A stretch of DNA of 64,000 nt. It comes from Chrysomallon squamiferum. Lineage: Eukaryota > Animalia > Mollusca. Made by a program: the position numbers and the translations under genes. Positions 11,859 through 26,166 of this stretch are shown here, piece after piece. The stretch covers positions 35,712,001 through 35,776,000 of the forward strand of contig CM022670.1 of NCBI GenBank assembly GCA_012295275.1, read 5' to 3'. Numbering within the stretch: position 1 is the stretch's first letter; each line of letters opens with the position of its first letter. Below the pieces are notes generated by a model, which searched no databases, was not told the DNA's origin, and saw only the letters and a program-made list of their open reading frames with translations.

Positions 11859-14034
11859 AATAGATTTTAAAATTTATTAGCCAAACTTATATTTGCTTGT
11901 TTGCCTTTGATAAATTGTTTTTTTTAATATTTTCACCAAGAACAACAATAAATCGTCTTCACGCAATTTTATACAGAACTCTTGTAGAATTAAAACAAAG
12001 CTTTGTATGCTGACAAACATATCAATATATATGTATATACGTACACATATATAAATACACATACATATACCCATTTACGTACAAGGATAAACATAAATGC
12101 ACACATCTCATGTGCTCACACGTACACACACACACAAGCACACATACATACATATATATATGTTGTATTGTTTAATAGTTACAGTTTTTCTTCGTGTAAG
12201 CTTTTCTATTAGCAATAGTTTATTAACAGAAAACGAAATTATTTAATGCTTTAAATGTCCCATTAATTTTCAACACTTTTCATTTAAGTACTGTTAATCC
12301 ATTTCTTCCATGAAATCTAATGAAATAAAATAAAATGTAATAAATAAATAAATAAATAAACATTTAAGGAATGAAATGAAAGATATCTTTTGCCATTGCT
12401 CTTTCTTTTTTTTTCTTTTTTTTTTAACTATTTTTGTTATGTGTTTGTATGTGTGTGTTTTTATTATTATACAGATCTTCGAAAACGCCATGTATTAATA
12501 TCAAAAGCTTATTTTTATTTTATTTTTAAATGCTTTATATCTGATTTCACAAATTCAGCGTATTAAACAAATAGACTGAACATGCAGATATTTACGCCGC
12601 TTTAAACCGTGCAGGCCCAACCAACTCTTAGCATGTAACCAAAGACCACTCCGCGTGAATGAACTCGCACAGGCACGACGTAAATCTTAAATCAACTCGT
12701 TTTCGGCCTATGGTAAATTGATAATACTCGACCTCCATTGTCAGGGGATCACTTTAGTACCGGTTATCCACTTATCACTGTCGTTGGCCTGTGCCTTTTC
12801 ATCTATACAATCAGTTTACAATAGTCCCTCGGGCATGCGCGGAATGGAGGAGAGGTATGCCAAATTCGACCTGGCGACAGGAAAAGATGGCGACGGTCCA
12901 GGGTCTTAATTGCAATTAGGGACCCACCGTCTCGACAGACGTCCATATAATCTCCAAGGCGCACATAACTTGGTGGGAAACTTGCTTTGAAATGTCCTTG
13001 CAACGTCCTTCAAAACTAAAGTTTGACATAAACAGCGAAGTTGGTTAAATAATGTTCTAGAATATCGTGACAGGGGTTAGAGAATTTCGTAATAGCCCTG
13101 TGTTGGTTTCCCCTCGTGAACTCGGCGTCTACAAACAAAATCCTCGTAAAGATTAATTATGTAACATATCGAAAGAAACTTATGCACCTGCGTCTCCAAT
13201 GAAACCAGGATTGTACGTAAAATTTCATAATTGTATAAAAGATTATGTATCAGTTACATAGCTAAGTGACTAATTCTGTACTTACTATTTATGCATGTAT
13301 AATAGTATGATCAGACACATGGATAAACACACACGCAGAAACATACAAAGAAATTAAAACAAGGAAGGAAAATATACCTCTTATTATTTTGTGTAATTAT
13401 TTCTATTTTATTATTATCATTAATTAATTAATTAATTACTCATTTTAAAATTTGTTTGGAAGTAATTTTAAACATTAATTTCTCATAATTTTAAAAAACA
13501 AACAGCATAAATTTACGTTTTTATTTTAATACAATTATTATTATTATTATTATTATTTTTTTTTTACAGCAACAGAACCTGAACTTATAATTTAATTAAA
13601 TGACTATATTAAAAGCTGATCAGTTAACAAATTTCCATTATGAATTCGACATTTACTTCCTCACAGACTGACATCTGAATGACACTGATAATGTCACAGT
13701 AGAGTTTCTTTAAAAGTTAAATAATTTGTATTAACGCCTAACTAAATCTGTTGTTGCAGCAGTTGCATGATTATCTCATATAAACAGTGCTAATTGTAGA
13801 CTAGTCCTAAGCAAGTCAGTTAAGACGGCTGAAGTTTAACGCGAAAGGGACAGCGTTAATAGACTGTTATCTATTCTAAACAACTGACCACTGTTGGTCT
13901 GCTTGTCGTCAGCTAATTCCCGTAATTCCTAACATTTGTAGTTTGCTGTTTAAAGGATTACCAGCCTGTTGGTCCACGAAGCAAAGGTGAAGTACATAAG
14001 CTGTGGGTCTATATCTGGTTTATAAAGATATAAG

Positions 14035-14070
<36 letters not shown>

Positions 14071-15062
14071 CTTAGATTTACATGTAAAACATGCACGAAC
14101 ACACACACACACACACGACTATCCAACTACATACGTACGTACAAACACACAAACGCACGTGCATAAATAGACGAAAATTCACGTATGTTCAGGTATGAAT
14201 GTAAACTTTTGTACATAGCAACACAAATGAAAGGACAACAATTACGTTGAACGATGCATGATTCTTTGTAAAGGCTTTGTATCTGTGGTGAAAAATTGAG
14301 AAAAATAAAACTGCAGACGTCTTGTCAGGATCCATTTGAGCAATTTATGGCTGTGCATCCCACAGCTCAGCATAATCTTCCCTCTAATGTATATGATTCC
14401 TATACCCAGTAAACGGACAGTTACCAATAAATTTCGAATGGTTAAAATAATTGTAAGGCAAAACCGCATGTAGTAAATAACTGTTGGTCACTAACGAGGG
14501 ATAAAACAAAGACAGATGTTTAAGAATAGTTAATCATTGCCGATCTCTGGAAAGAACCGCAAACGACACTGCCTGCCCTCTGGCTAGTAAAACAATACTG
14601 CGTGAGAAACGTTGCTTAAATTCGTTACAACCGACAAGTGTGTTGAATTGGTGGTTTAAGATGGGACAACAAGGGTTCGAACCTCAATGGGAGATAGTTA
14701 AATGACTGTCCGAGCGAAAATAGGGGAATTAAACAGAAACGATTCAATCGTTTCTTATTCTACGACTGTCCGAGCTAAACTTAGGGAAACAGAAACGGTT
14801 CAATAATTTATTTTATTTACTTATCAGATAAAATTTCAGAATTCAGATCTCTATTTTATTTTAATAGATAAACAGAAATATAAAATTGTAATGATTTAAA
14901 TAAACTTGTCTGATGTTATTCAGAATTCAGCTTTTTTTTTTGATTTTATAACAGATAAATATAAATTTAAAACTGTAATTAATTAAATCTACTTACCAGA
15001 TAAAACACCAGAATTAAAATTTCTCTTGTGTCTCTGAAGCAAAAACGTAAGCCATTTTGGTC
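10356..15062 (-). CDS. EGF-CFC family protein (Cripto/Cryptic/one-eyed-pinhead-like), GPI-anchored; 5'-partial. Exons: 15062-14997, 11705-11630, 10961-10813, 10537-10356
   Basis: Spliced translation: GPKWLTFLLQRHKRNFNSGVLS|DSPRKFKKCCENGGVCVLGSFCHCK|KQFYGRYCQFRSNLRPCGEVKHGSWLKSNCDLCRCFDGRIMCIQKAYSIC|DFKKSQ...ESTASRNLPIMLAVVIACVLGFLV*. It has the diagnostic variant EGF (CCxNGGxCxLGSFCxC...FxGRxC), a 6-Cys CFC domain with HxxW, and a hydrophobic GPI-type C-terminus. All donors are gtaagt and phases 1,2,1 are consistent. The 14997-15062 exon is less certain than the other three. Confidence 0.9.
10813..10961 (-). CDS. EGF-CFC exon: end of EGF motif plus CFC domain
   Basis: FYGRYC...CGEVKHGSW...CDLCRCFDGRIMC...C; tttttcag acceptor and gtaagt donor. 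Confidence 0.92.
11630..11705 (-). CDS. EGF-CFC exon: variant EGF motif (CCENGGVCVLGSFCHCK)
   Basis: ttcag acceptor and gtaagt donor; adjacent first two Cys typical of the EGF-CFC EGF motif. Absent from the ORF track. Confidence 0.9.
11781..11855. repeat. (GA)n microsatellite
   Basis: Perfect dinucleotide run. Confidence 0.98.
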
Positions 15063-15492
15063 CTAGAGAAAAAGAGAAATAAATAGAAATAAAAAATAAT
15101 AAAAAATCTAAAGTATAAGCCTGTAAGTTATGAAATATTCAGTAATACAAAGAAAAGTTGCATTTATTACATAGTACGGTTAATAATCGGTTATAATATT
15201 ATTTCTTTTGTTATTCCTCATTATTAATGTTCATTTTCAAGGTTGCTACATTTACTAGCATTTGTCTGTGTTCAAAAAAATAAAAAAAAAAAAAAAAATA
15301 AAGTATTTTTAAATATTAATTTTGTTTTATAGTGATGTCACGAATCGAAAAGAAAAGAAGAAAAATGACCGATTTCTTGTAAGAGTATCGGTGTTATTAT
15401 CATCATATTGTTATTTCTGGCAAATTAATCCTCCAGGAATGTATCTTGACTTCATGTAGCTTTAATATATACCAAAAACGTAATTTTAGTCT

Positions 15493-15541
<49 letters not shown>

Positions 15542-15949
15542 ATTTTAAAGAAGAACAAAAAAAAATCGGGGTGAGCAGCTTAACTTGGAAAGATTACATA
15601 AAAGAACATTGAACTTGGGTATAAAGACAAATGAATTTTTTCATTTAATGCAAGGTTGTCGGTGATATTCATAGCCAATATAATTTAACAACAGAAGATG
15701 AATAGTTCGCAGACAGAGATAGGATGGTCACATGGATAATATGTGTCATTTATACGTGTAGAGACACACGAAAGATTTAATTTCTTTGTAACAGGTTTTC
15801 GGCGCCGTGTGTGGTGTTACAGACAGGTGAATTGGGGGCGAGCAGCTCAGTATCCGACACTGGTGACAGAATTATCTATAGTGTACGAGAACTCGTCAAA
15901 TACGTTTATAAATGATGTAGAATTAGAAACGTAAGTTAATATCTTTACG

Positions 15950-16061
<112 letters not shown>

Positions 16062-17166
16062 AAACTACTCTAGAGAATATTATCGCCAATAAAGATGTTA
16101 TCGTATCTTGAATATGTAAATTTTAAACATTAAACTGAGAACGGATACATGCAATTAAACTATAAATGCATTTATGACCAAGGCTGATGTTACAGCTAAC
16201 ATAAAGATACGTACTATTAACATTCAAACATGCTTACATAAATGTGAGGAGCGGCAGTCACATATTTGTATGGGATAATTGTTTGAAGTCTACGCATTCT
16301 TACTAACCTGTGTGTCTACGTATATGTGTATATATACATACAAACACATATAAAGATATAAAGTTATCTTTATCTGTTAGTGAAAAGAAAAAACATTAGC
16401 AATGTGATCATCTGAATGTGCGATCTTAGTAAACCAAAAAAAGTCTACGGGCCAGGTAGAATCTAAAATTCGTTCACAAGAACTGATCCTACACCTATCG
16501 GTCTTCAACCCTATTTTCTACCTTATGTCGCAAATCATGTAATAATAGTCTTTTTGCTTTATCGGTGGATTTGTCTTTTTAATGTAGCCACCTGTATGAA
16601 CGCATGCTGATAATACAAAGTTAATCCTTTAACGAATAAATGGGGATTAGTATACAAAGCTCGTGTCGATATCCAAAAGCTTTGGGTACAAGACATCAGC
16701 ATCTATTGTAGATATGTATTTCTGAACAAGGTTCTGTGATATAAAGAAAATCACTGGATCGTGTTAACAAAGAATGAAAAAAAAAACAAAAAAAACCTAA
16801 TAGGATTTCGCTACTAATATCACCCGACTGCTACCTGAAGGTTTTTATTAATGCTTCTGAAAAAGTTCCTGTGTGTGTTAATTGGGTATTTAATTACGCA
16901 ATTAAATTACACCTTTTTGTTGACAAGTAAAAGTAAATGTTGTAATATAAATGACACCTTTTGACATTTCACATTTTCTCTGCAGGTGTTAGATTTGCCG
17001 TCCTGATAATAAACTTTTTTTTGGATATAATTAATTAAAATAATTAGTTAAATTATACATTCATTAAATCACAAACAGAAATACAAATACACATACGCGC
17101 AGACACACACCAAAACCCACACTCACAGGTTATATACATACGTACCTACCTACCTACCTATATACA

Positions 17167-17211
<45 letters not shown>

Positions 17212-17626
17212 TAAAACATGGTTTGCAATGGTTATGGTTCATTAATAATATAATTTTTGTAATGAATTAGTTTTCGTATAAATTATTGACTTCACTGCGA
17301 ATAAATAAGTAAATGAAATAGGTAAACGACAGAGGCCAATGCTGTAACTACCGATGAAACTCAATCCTTTCAGTGGTAGAATTAAAACAGGCAAATTGTG
17401 TTAATATGCCCATAAGTGTTATTAACCATTACAGCAGCTCGACTTGAAAAGCTTCTAAACTCCAAAGGAATAAGAAAACTTAACACCCGATCGGCATTTC
17501 ATTAATTAGTTAATAAAATAATTTACACCTTAGATGATCAGTATTCGGCCTTTACATGTTATAACGAGGCCGACTTTAAGATCTTGCTAATTAATTCGGA
17601 CTTAAATATATTATTTAAAACAGGCT

Positions 17627-17629
<3 letters not shown>

Positions 17630-17717
<88 letters not shown>
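17630..17717. repeat. (GA)n microsatellite
   Basis: Perfect dinucleotide run. Confidence 0.98.
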
Positions 17718-17720
<3 letters not shown>

Positions 17721-18780
17721 CTAACGAAAAATTAAAATTCTCATTCCAAAATTATTTTTTTCATTACGTAAAGGAACAGAAAATTATATATTCTGCTGAG
17801 AAACTGATTTCCTGAACCCAGAGACGTAATTGGAAATACTTCACAGGAATTATTATTTCCGAGAAATCAGCGTGAAAACGTCAGAAAATGTGTGTGATGT
17901 TTAGTGCGTTTACCTTTTTAACAAATTCTTTACCACACAAAGCGAATTTAGTAACTAATTTGTTGGCGCTAGGTCAGTTCTTTGATTTATTTCTGCTTAT
18001 GTTTCTTTTTCTATTTTCATATTTATGTCTGCTGCTAATACTAATACAACGATCTCCTCTACTGCAACATCTTCATCTTCTTCCATTAATATTATTAGTG
18101 ATAGTAATGCTGGTTGTTATTGTTGTTGTAGTCGTAACAGTAACAGCAGTGGAACCAGTAGCTGCAAAAGTACTAATTATTAGTTGTAAAGATGGATTAT
18201 TTAAAAAGCTAACGAAAACGTGTTTGGTACTGATTTATAGAAGAAATAATAATTATTATAGGACTTAATATTTATATATATAAAAAATACGTTGTTTTAA
18301 AAACCGTAAACCTTCTGTTCTTCAGGTTCGATTAGGTAACCGTAGGAATGCACGTATCCAAGTGTTTCTACGCAGTCTTGCAATCATCCCTATCTAGCAG
18401 CCATTATTTAGCTTTGATCTGCAGATTACGCCCGTCGAAACAGTTACAAGAATTTCAACAGTTTGGTCATCATAAGGCCCATCTTCCCCGAATCTCGATC
18501 GTTACAGCGAAACGACCCCGATCTTTTTTTCACGGAGTATACATTTCTTAGTAATTTACTGTGTAAACAATGGTAGTTCCTGTCATGTGGGTAATAAACG
18601 TCAGTATTCCACAGACGCCCCGGTGTGATATTGTAAAGCGAGTGATTCCATATCTACATCAGAGAAACAGATAAACAGGACAAGCAGAAATACACGGCAC
18701 CAGGCCTGGTTGTTAGAACCACGTGATAACATAATAAAATTGTTACTTAGTGACCAGAAGAACCACTATAGTTCATGAAG

Positions 18781-18816
<36 letters not shown>

Positions 18817-18899
18817 ATTAGATTTACGCAGTTGTTAGTGATATATAATAAGCAACTAAGACAGTCGTACAAGTATTTGATGGTTAAAGTTTAAAAATT

Positions 18900-19330
18900 A
18901 TTAGTGGCAGCAGTAATAGAAGGCGTAGTGGTAGTAGAAGTAGTAATAATGGTAGTAACAGTAGTGGGAAGTAGTAGAATGGTAACGGTGGTAGAATGGT
19001 AGTAGTAGAAGTAGAAGAAGTAGAAACAGCAGTAGTAGTCGTTGCTGTTGTAATAGCAGTAGCAGAAATAGTTTTAGATGAGTAGTAATTGTGACAGACA
19101 TAGTGCTAATAGTAGAAGTAATGAAAATACTACTACTATTAGTAATTTTAATAATAGTAAGAATAATAGTAGTAATGATGGTAATGGAAGTAGTAATAGT
19201 AGATGTAGGTGTTGTTGATGTTGCTGTTATAATACGATTAGGAATTGTTGTATCAAAGTGGTAACAGTGATACTAGCTGTAGTAGTAGTAGTAGTAGTAG
19301 TAGTAGTGACAGTAGTAGTGGTGGTGGCAG
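18900..19330. repeat. Degenerate (GTA)n low-complexity tract
   Basis: gtagtagta/gtagca/gtggta triplets; a similar tract lies at 34557-34705. Confidence 0.9.
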
Positions 19331-21521
19331 GAGTATTTAAATTAAATATTAAATTAATTGGGGATATTATACAGTGGTATTCTTTTCCTTTTCTTCCACA
19401 GCAGATTTTCAAGTATTAATTTATTTAAGAAGATATTTATATAGCATGGAGTGTCTAGAAAATAACATAAACATTCACTGTAAATACTAAGATCTTGACA
19501 TCAAAAGTTGATTCTGCTGAGATCAAAGGCAGTCGCGAAAACAGTGACGTGAACAAAATCTTTCAGTACGAAAGGTCATCTAGGTGAAGTAATTAAATTA
19601 CAAAGAATTTTAAATATTTTCAGTTTAGTTCTGATTCACCACGCCTCGCTGATTATCAGAATTTGGCTATTTTATTAATTTAAAAAAACAAATAAATCTA
19701 AAGAAATTTTATAAATTATTTTCATAATAAAACAAGAAATGAATTAATGGCAACAAAGCCCGTTGTTGTATGTTTTAAAAATATATCTTAATAAAGTTTT
19801 CTTTGAACTGTCGAATGAAATTATATATTACTTTTTAGACACCCTGATTGAAATCTGTAATGTATAAATTTAGATGTAGATTATAGATAAGATTTTTTTT
19901 GTTTGTTTGTTTTTGTTTTTGTTTCTCAGCGTTTTATTTCCATTGCAGTTTTTGATTATAAGCGTATAATGATTAGTTAGAGAGAAAAGCAGTGGACTTA
20001 CATCTACTTGGTTAGTTCATAGGCCCAGTAGCAATAACTGATAATACCAGAAGTAAAAAACAGTCCTACAATAATTAAACCGGTAGCCACAGGAATTATT
20101 TTTTTGTGAACGTGATTTGACAGTTTGTTGTATGAAGGGAAGTATATTTTGAAACAAACAAACAAGTAAATAAATCCTGGAAGCGAGACTGCAAGGCGTC
20201 TTTTGCAAGAATTCGTGAGAAATCTGCCAATAAAAATTAGCCTGACGTGAATTGTCAGCCAGAAACGTGTGCTACACATAGTACAGTCCGTGCCTATTTA
20301 ATTAAATCTCCATTTGCGCGGGAATGCTATTTGACATGCTGATTGTATATGAACAGTGATAGCTGTCAGAAATGAGATTCTATTGAGATGATTAAAATTC
20401 ACAGAAAGAAACAGAACTTTCAGTATGTGGTCAAAAATGAACGTATGCGTTTCCCTGGCTTCACCCGTTCCTTTTAAATCAAATTATAAAAACGTATTTT
20501 TTTTCTTCCTTTTTAAAAAAAAAAAAGGAAGACAATGTCGACAAATGCATGTATTTAAAGCAGTCAAACGTATCTTCTTTCCTTCCCTCTTCAGTATGTA
20601 GTTTGACCCTGGTGTTGTTTGTTTAAATGTGCTAGCTAATCCGTCTTTTCGTAATTACCATGACCATGTCAGCATTCGAAAACAGTTAGAGAGCATTCGC
20701 ACTGCTGCATGCGGAACCCCTACAATATACTCGTCATAAGAAAGGGCTAAATAATTCCCTGGCCAAACACACGAGTGAACCCTAGGGCGCTGATACATCG
20801 CCAGTTTGTTAACAAAGTACAATAGGTTTGGTAATTATCTGTGTCTCTTGCATCACGTTACGTTGAGTAAAAAAAAAAAACCAAAAAAAAAAAAATTGTT
20901 ACTGGGGCAACTAAGCCTTGGTAAAGAAATAAACAATTACACTGCTTTCATTTTTGCTTGTTTCTTCTTGTTGTTACTGTGATAGGGGGCAGAGGGTTGT
21001 GTGTTTTTTAACCTGCTAATATATATATATATATTTTTTTGTCATCACTAGTAGATAACTGAGAAAAACTTGTTCATCGACTGCGCTCTTATCTCCAGAA
21101 CTTTTTGCTAAGTGGCTGAGCTGTTTCATATACGTAGAAAGTGTTTAGCAGACGATATTGTAAAATTAACGCCCGTTCCGAGAAATTTCCCCTAATACTT
21201 AGCCTCATCCATCAACAGAGATGATGGTACCGGGGACTGACAACCGATAAAATGTTTGATAAGAAAAGTTTTACGTTATTTACAGCTGACCACATTTTGC
21301 ACGGACTACCTCGCGGAGAGAGGTATCTCTGTGAATCTGGACATTAGCTCGACATGGCCTCTTCAGATGAAATGAAAATGGATGAGAAGTAGCCTCTGTT
21401 TAGATACTAATTAGCAGCGTTTTTGAAAAACTTGTTTACAGTGGCATGTTATATTCCGTGTACCTGAAAGCCAATTTAATCCCGTATTTCAGTTAATACG
21501 TTCCAACACAAGATGAATAAC

Positions 21522-21575
<54 letters not shown>

Positions 21576-22039
21576 TTGTTTAAATAAAAAATTTTTTTTT
21601 TTTAAATGGATCATAATAGCATAGTCGAACATAATATCATAATTAATGCACAATAATAACAATAATAATTAATGTTATGTTGGTGTTACTGTTGTCTTGG
21701 CTTCAAATTTGCATTGAATACCTAAGCCATTAAGTCATCTGAATGTACGAGTCAAGCATAGGTTTTCTAATACATTCTGATTCTTCAAAGGCTAAAGTTT
21801 AGATATTGGTAATAACTGGAAATCTGGAAACATTATCGAAATGCTTTAAAAGTGATGCTTGTCAGAAATCTCGAAACAGATGCTCGTCAACAGATGCGGC
21901 ATGTGTTAAGACCACTCCATGTTTGACCAGAAGCAAAATGACACTCGGTATAACATTATATACTTCTGCTCAGTACGTCAATGTTATGTACTGACTCTTG
22001 GAATAAATTACGTTTGTTTATCATTTTAGAGTATGCTTG

Positions 22040-22087
<48 letters not shown>

Positions 22088-23548
22088 ATTGTTTCACATA
22101 TAATGAAAATAGTAAAACTACCAGAAGTTTATATTACAGAATGTTTAGATTAAAAAATATACAGTACTGAAATTGTATACAGTATTATTACAGAATGTGT
22201 AACTAACTTAAAATATAAATAGTAATGTGACGTTTGTAGTTTAGAATGAGTAACTAAATGTTAAACTATACGTAGTATTGTAAAGTTGTTTTTCTAGAAA
22301 GGATAACTAACTTGTAATATACGTAGTATTGTAAAAAAAAAAAAAATGTATTACAGAAAGTTTAACTCACCACGACAGTCTACTGGATTGAACATCCCAA
22401 ACAGAAATATTAGTAACCTGTAAATAATTAAATAATATACTTATTATCATTTATATATATATATATGTATATATATACACACAGTCACACACACACATAC
22501 ATACAGAATAATTTACCTATTATTTATTTATTAAATTAATCCTATCACAAATAATAATAAAAAAAAAAGTTTTGCTTTTGTTTTTGTTTTAATTAATTGT
22601 CACAGGTATATAGGTAAATATAGAGTTAAATACACTTGTAACTTGCAAAACATGTACGTACCGTATGAGAATGTAAAGATCCATCAGTAAGGTAACTGTT
22701 AATACGTTATGTTTCTCCAGTTCGATGTGTATATCCACAGCTGACCTATACGGTATTCCCCAAGAAAACGAGTACTGTTTACCCTCGGCTCTCAGTTATA
22801 TTTATCTCTCACGTGCCGCGCGATAAATAAAGCTTCCCCCAAAACCACGAAAGCTCGCTGTTGATTGGTCGCTTGTGTCACGTGCCTTCGCGGCTATTGA
22901 ACAGGGTGGGAACTGAGGAACTCCCACCGAGAATTGCAGGTGTCGTAAACCGTTTATGACAGGTATGAGCAAACAATGCAGTTCGGCGGAATCCACCGAC
23001 GTGCCAGCCTTGTAGCGATGGCATTTCCAGTCGCTGGATGCTTTGATTCCTGATCAGTTTACCTCGATGACTGAGTGTTATGTTAATAAACCGCTGAACT
23101 GCCGGGTGACGTACAGACTGCAAAGACGTTTTACGATCTGAATGAAAGAACGAAGCACAGCGTGCGTTGCGGCTTAGAGTTGCGTAACTACACGGTGTTT
23201 TAACTACCATTTCAACCTTACTTTGTGTAAAAGATTTTTTTTTTTTTGTCTTAAAAAAGGAGCAGCAAATCGTAAAGGAAAATGAATTTATTGTAAATAG
23301 ATTTTAAAATTAATGCAGTTTTTAATAAATGTGTGATTTCGTATACATTTTTTTTTTTTTTTTTTTTTTAAAGGAAACGTGAGTGAGCTTCGGTAGATTT
23401 TTAAATAAAAATAAAGCTTCATGAGGTACTACAAATTGATTTTTCCTTTTAATGCTAGTAATAACTTAAGAAATACTTTAACTGGACTTCATTGGGATAT
23501 AGATACAGGCTCATATTGTTTTAATTATGTCAGTTTATTTATAGTTAC

Positions 23549-23552
<4 letters not shown>

Positions 23553-23631
<79 letters not shown>
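23553..23631. repeat. (GA)n microsatellite
   Basis: Perfect dinucleotide run. Confidence 0.98.
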
Positions 23632-23633
<2 letters not shown>

Positions 23634-23949
23634 ATTTCTTTAATCCCTAATTTGTAATAGAATAAACACATTATTCAACGAAAGGTTGTCAGAAATTTAT
23701 GCTCCGTTGACAACCTCTAAGCATATTTACTTCTTAATCTGATGTGATGGTTCAACAAATATTTGTTTCTTTGTTCAACTTAATTAACATGTTGACGTTA
23801 ACCACAATTTGTTTTTTGCCAAAGGCATTTACGAACTACATGTTAAATACCTTGAATACCGTCACAACAAAATATTTTTAGTTTACCCGTAGGTGCAAAA
23901 ATGTATCTGTGACTAAGTGATAACACTGGTGTTATTGTTATTATTATTA

Positions 23950-23971
23950 ATTCTTTTTTATCTGTATAATA

Positions 23972-24005
<34 letters not shown>

Positions 24006-24118
24006 TTTATTATTTCTTTTTTTATCTGTATAATATTTTATTATTATTATTATTATTATTATTTTTATTATTTCTTTTTTTATCTGTATAATATTTTATT
24101 ATTATTATTATTATTACT
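23950..24118. repeat. Tandem triplication of a ~60-bp unit containing (TTA)n
   Basis: TTCTTTTTTATCTGTATAATATTTT(TAT)n occurs three times. Confidence 0.9.
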
Positions 24119-24888
24119 GTTGTGTTGTTGTTTTTATTATTGCTTTTAATTTGGAGATTATTTATTTCTGTTTTGAAAATTAAAGGTCTTTTTCTTCGTT
24201 TTCTTCTTCTTTCATGCTACAAATTCAGCACCATACTTTCAATTTAAGTGTATCTGCAGGTATAAAAATACTTACACGCGCGCACGCACATATATGCTTT
24301 CGTTGTAGGTATAACAGGCCTCTGTTTAACATCTTTATTTATACCTTTTACCATATTCGTAAAATCACTGGATAACCAAAAAATTCTAACGTTGTAGAAT
24401 CCTCGTATCTCTTCTTGTAAACTTTCTGAATATTTGACTTCGTTTATGATTACTTTGTTCTGTTGATGGAAACGAATGAAATATTTGCAGATGAAATGAC
24501 TAGATTTTCCACAACCCGTTTGTTATCGGAATCTCAAAGTGTTCTTTATCTGCATGTTTCCTTATATACGTTTCTCATTCCACACTATTCAAGCAATGCA
24601 GCTGTTTTCCTTTCCTCCGTTTATTTTCCGCATTACATTAATGAATGTTGGTGTTAAAGGCACCAACAATCACGTCTTATCCGACTGCATCTCATAAATC
24701 CTTTCAAACGACTCGGACAGAATGTTCCATACATTTAGCGTAAAAGTAACTGGATTCCATCGACCTAACACCAGTTGATAAACACGGGTAGGTCATCTCG
24801 ACCTCGTTAGTTCTTCGGTTCTTCAAGACTCCACACGAGTTCTCTTGGCGTTTCATCGCTTGGTCCAGAGTTCTTGAAAGACATTCTG

Positions 24889-25130
24889 ATATCGACCATC
24901 TTCAAACCTTCAAAATATGCATGGGAAGAATATTAGTTTAAAAAAAAAGAGAAAAAAAAAGAAGAAAACCGTCAAATTAATTTTTCGAAATTTGGTTATA
25001 ATCCGGTTGATTAAAAATATCGACCATCTTCAAACCTTCATTCTATTCATGAGAAAAATATTAGTTTAAAAAAAAAAAAAAAAAAAAAAAAATTGTCAAA
25101 GTAATTTTTGTTGAAATCTGGTTGTCAGAG
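24889..25130. repeat. Imperfect tandem duplication (~128-bp period)
   Basis: ATATCGACCATCTTCAAACCTTCA...TATTAGTTTAAAAAAA...GTCAAA occurs twice. Confidence 0.85.
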
Positions 25131-25477
25131 ATTCAAAAATCGACAGCCTTCCTGTTTTTACCATTTATATATGTATACCATCAAATGTTAAATATAAAAA
25201 GTAAAATTTTGATATTTGGTTCTTAATGTGAATATCAGATAAACGTAGAAATTTTCCAATAGAAGACGGCTTAAAATAAATAAATAAAGGTATACCACAA
25301 TTATATTTTAAAATGCCTTCTAAAAATCTTCAAATAATCAATTTGCTGAACGTAAATAAACCTTAAAAAAAATGGTTAAAGTCTTTGTTTATATGGAATG
25401 ATTTATGTATTTATGTATTGCGTTGATTGTCTTTATTTTTATTTGTTTTTAATTTTTATTTTTTAAATTTTATATTT

Positions 25478-25539
<62 letters not shown>

Positions 25540-25588
25540 ACTTTTTTTTTTTTTTTTTTTGTTTTTTTTTTTTTTGTAGGGTTTTTTT

Positions 25589-25591
<3 letters not shown>

Positions 25592-25679
<88 letters not shown>

Positions 25680-26001
25680 TGTTTAACTTTCTTCCTTTTT
25701 TTTTCTCATTACTTTTCCTTTTGTTTATTTATCTACAGTTATGAGTACTGGATGTACCTAACCAACTCACGGTAGGTAATGCTACTTAACGTGTTTGTTG
25801 TAACAGCGAAATAACCTTTCTGTTTAGTACGTACGAAAAGCAATTTCACCGTCAGCGTCAAACTATCAGTGCCAAAATGCAGCGTGGGTTGTAAGCAGCA
25901 TGGTGTACGTTAAAAGTACAAGTCACAGTTATTTACTGCATATTCAGCTGTATTTTCGTAGATGGATATACTTGGCCGTGTAGTTGGATGGCTGTGTATG
26001 G

Positions 26002-26083
<82 letters not shown>

Positions 26084-26166
26084 ATGTCAGAGAGAGAGAG
26101 AGAGAGAGAGAGAGAATAACTTGCTAGATTAATCATGTAGAGAGAGAGAAACTCTATCTCTCTATC

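Noticed and set aside
12294-12491. Minus-strand ATG (MAFSKI...) as the EGF-CFC start
   Set aside because: No signal peptide, a weak donor, and the ORF runs into low-complexity sequence.
22802-23210. GC-rich minus-strand ORFs (64 and 110 aa)
   Set aside because: No recognisable domain or consistent splice structure; more likely a regulatory island.
24700-24900. Open minus-strand frame (ECLSRTLDQAMKRQENSCG...)
   Set aside because: No start or splice support and no recognisable homology; abuts a local duplication.
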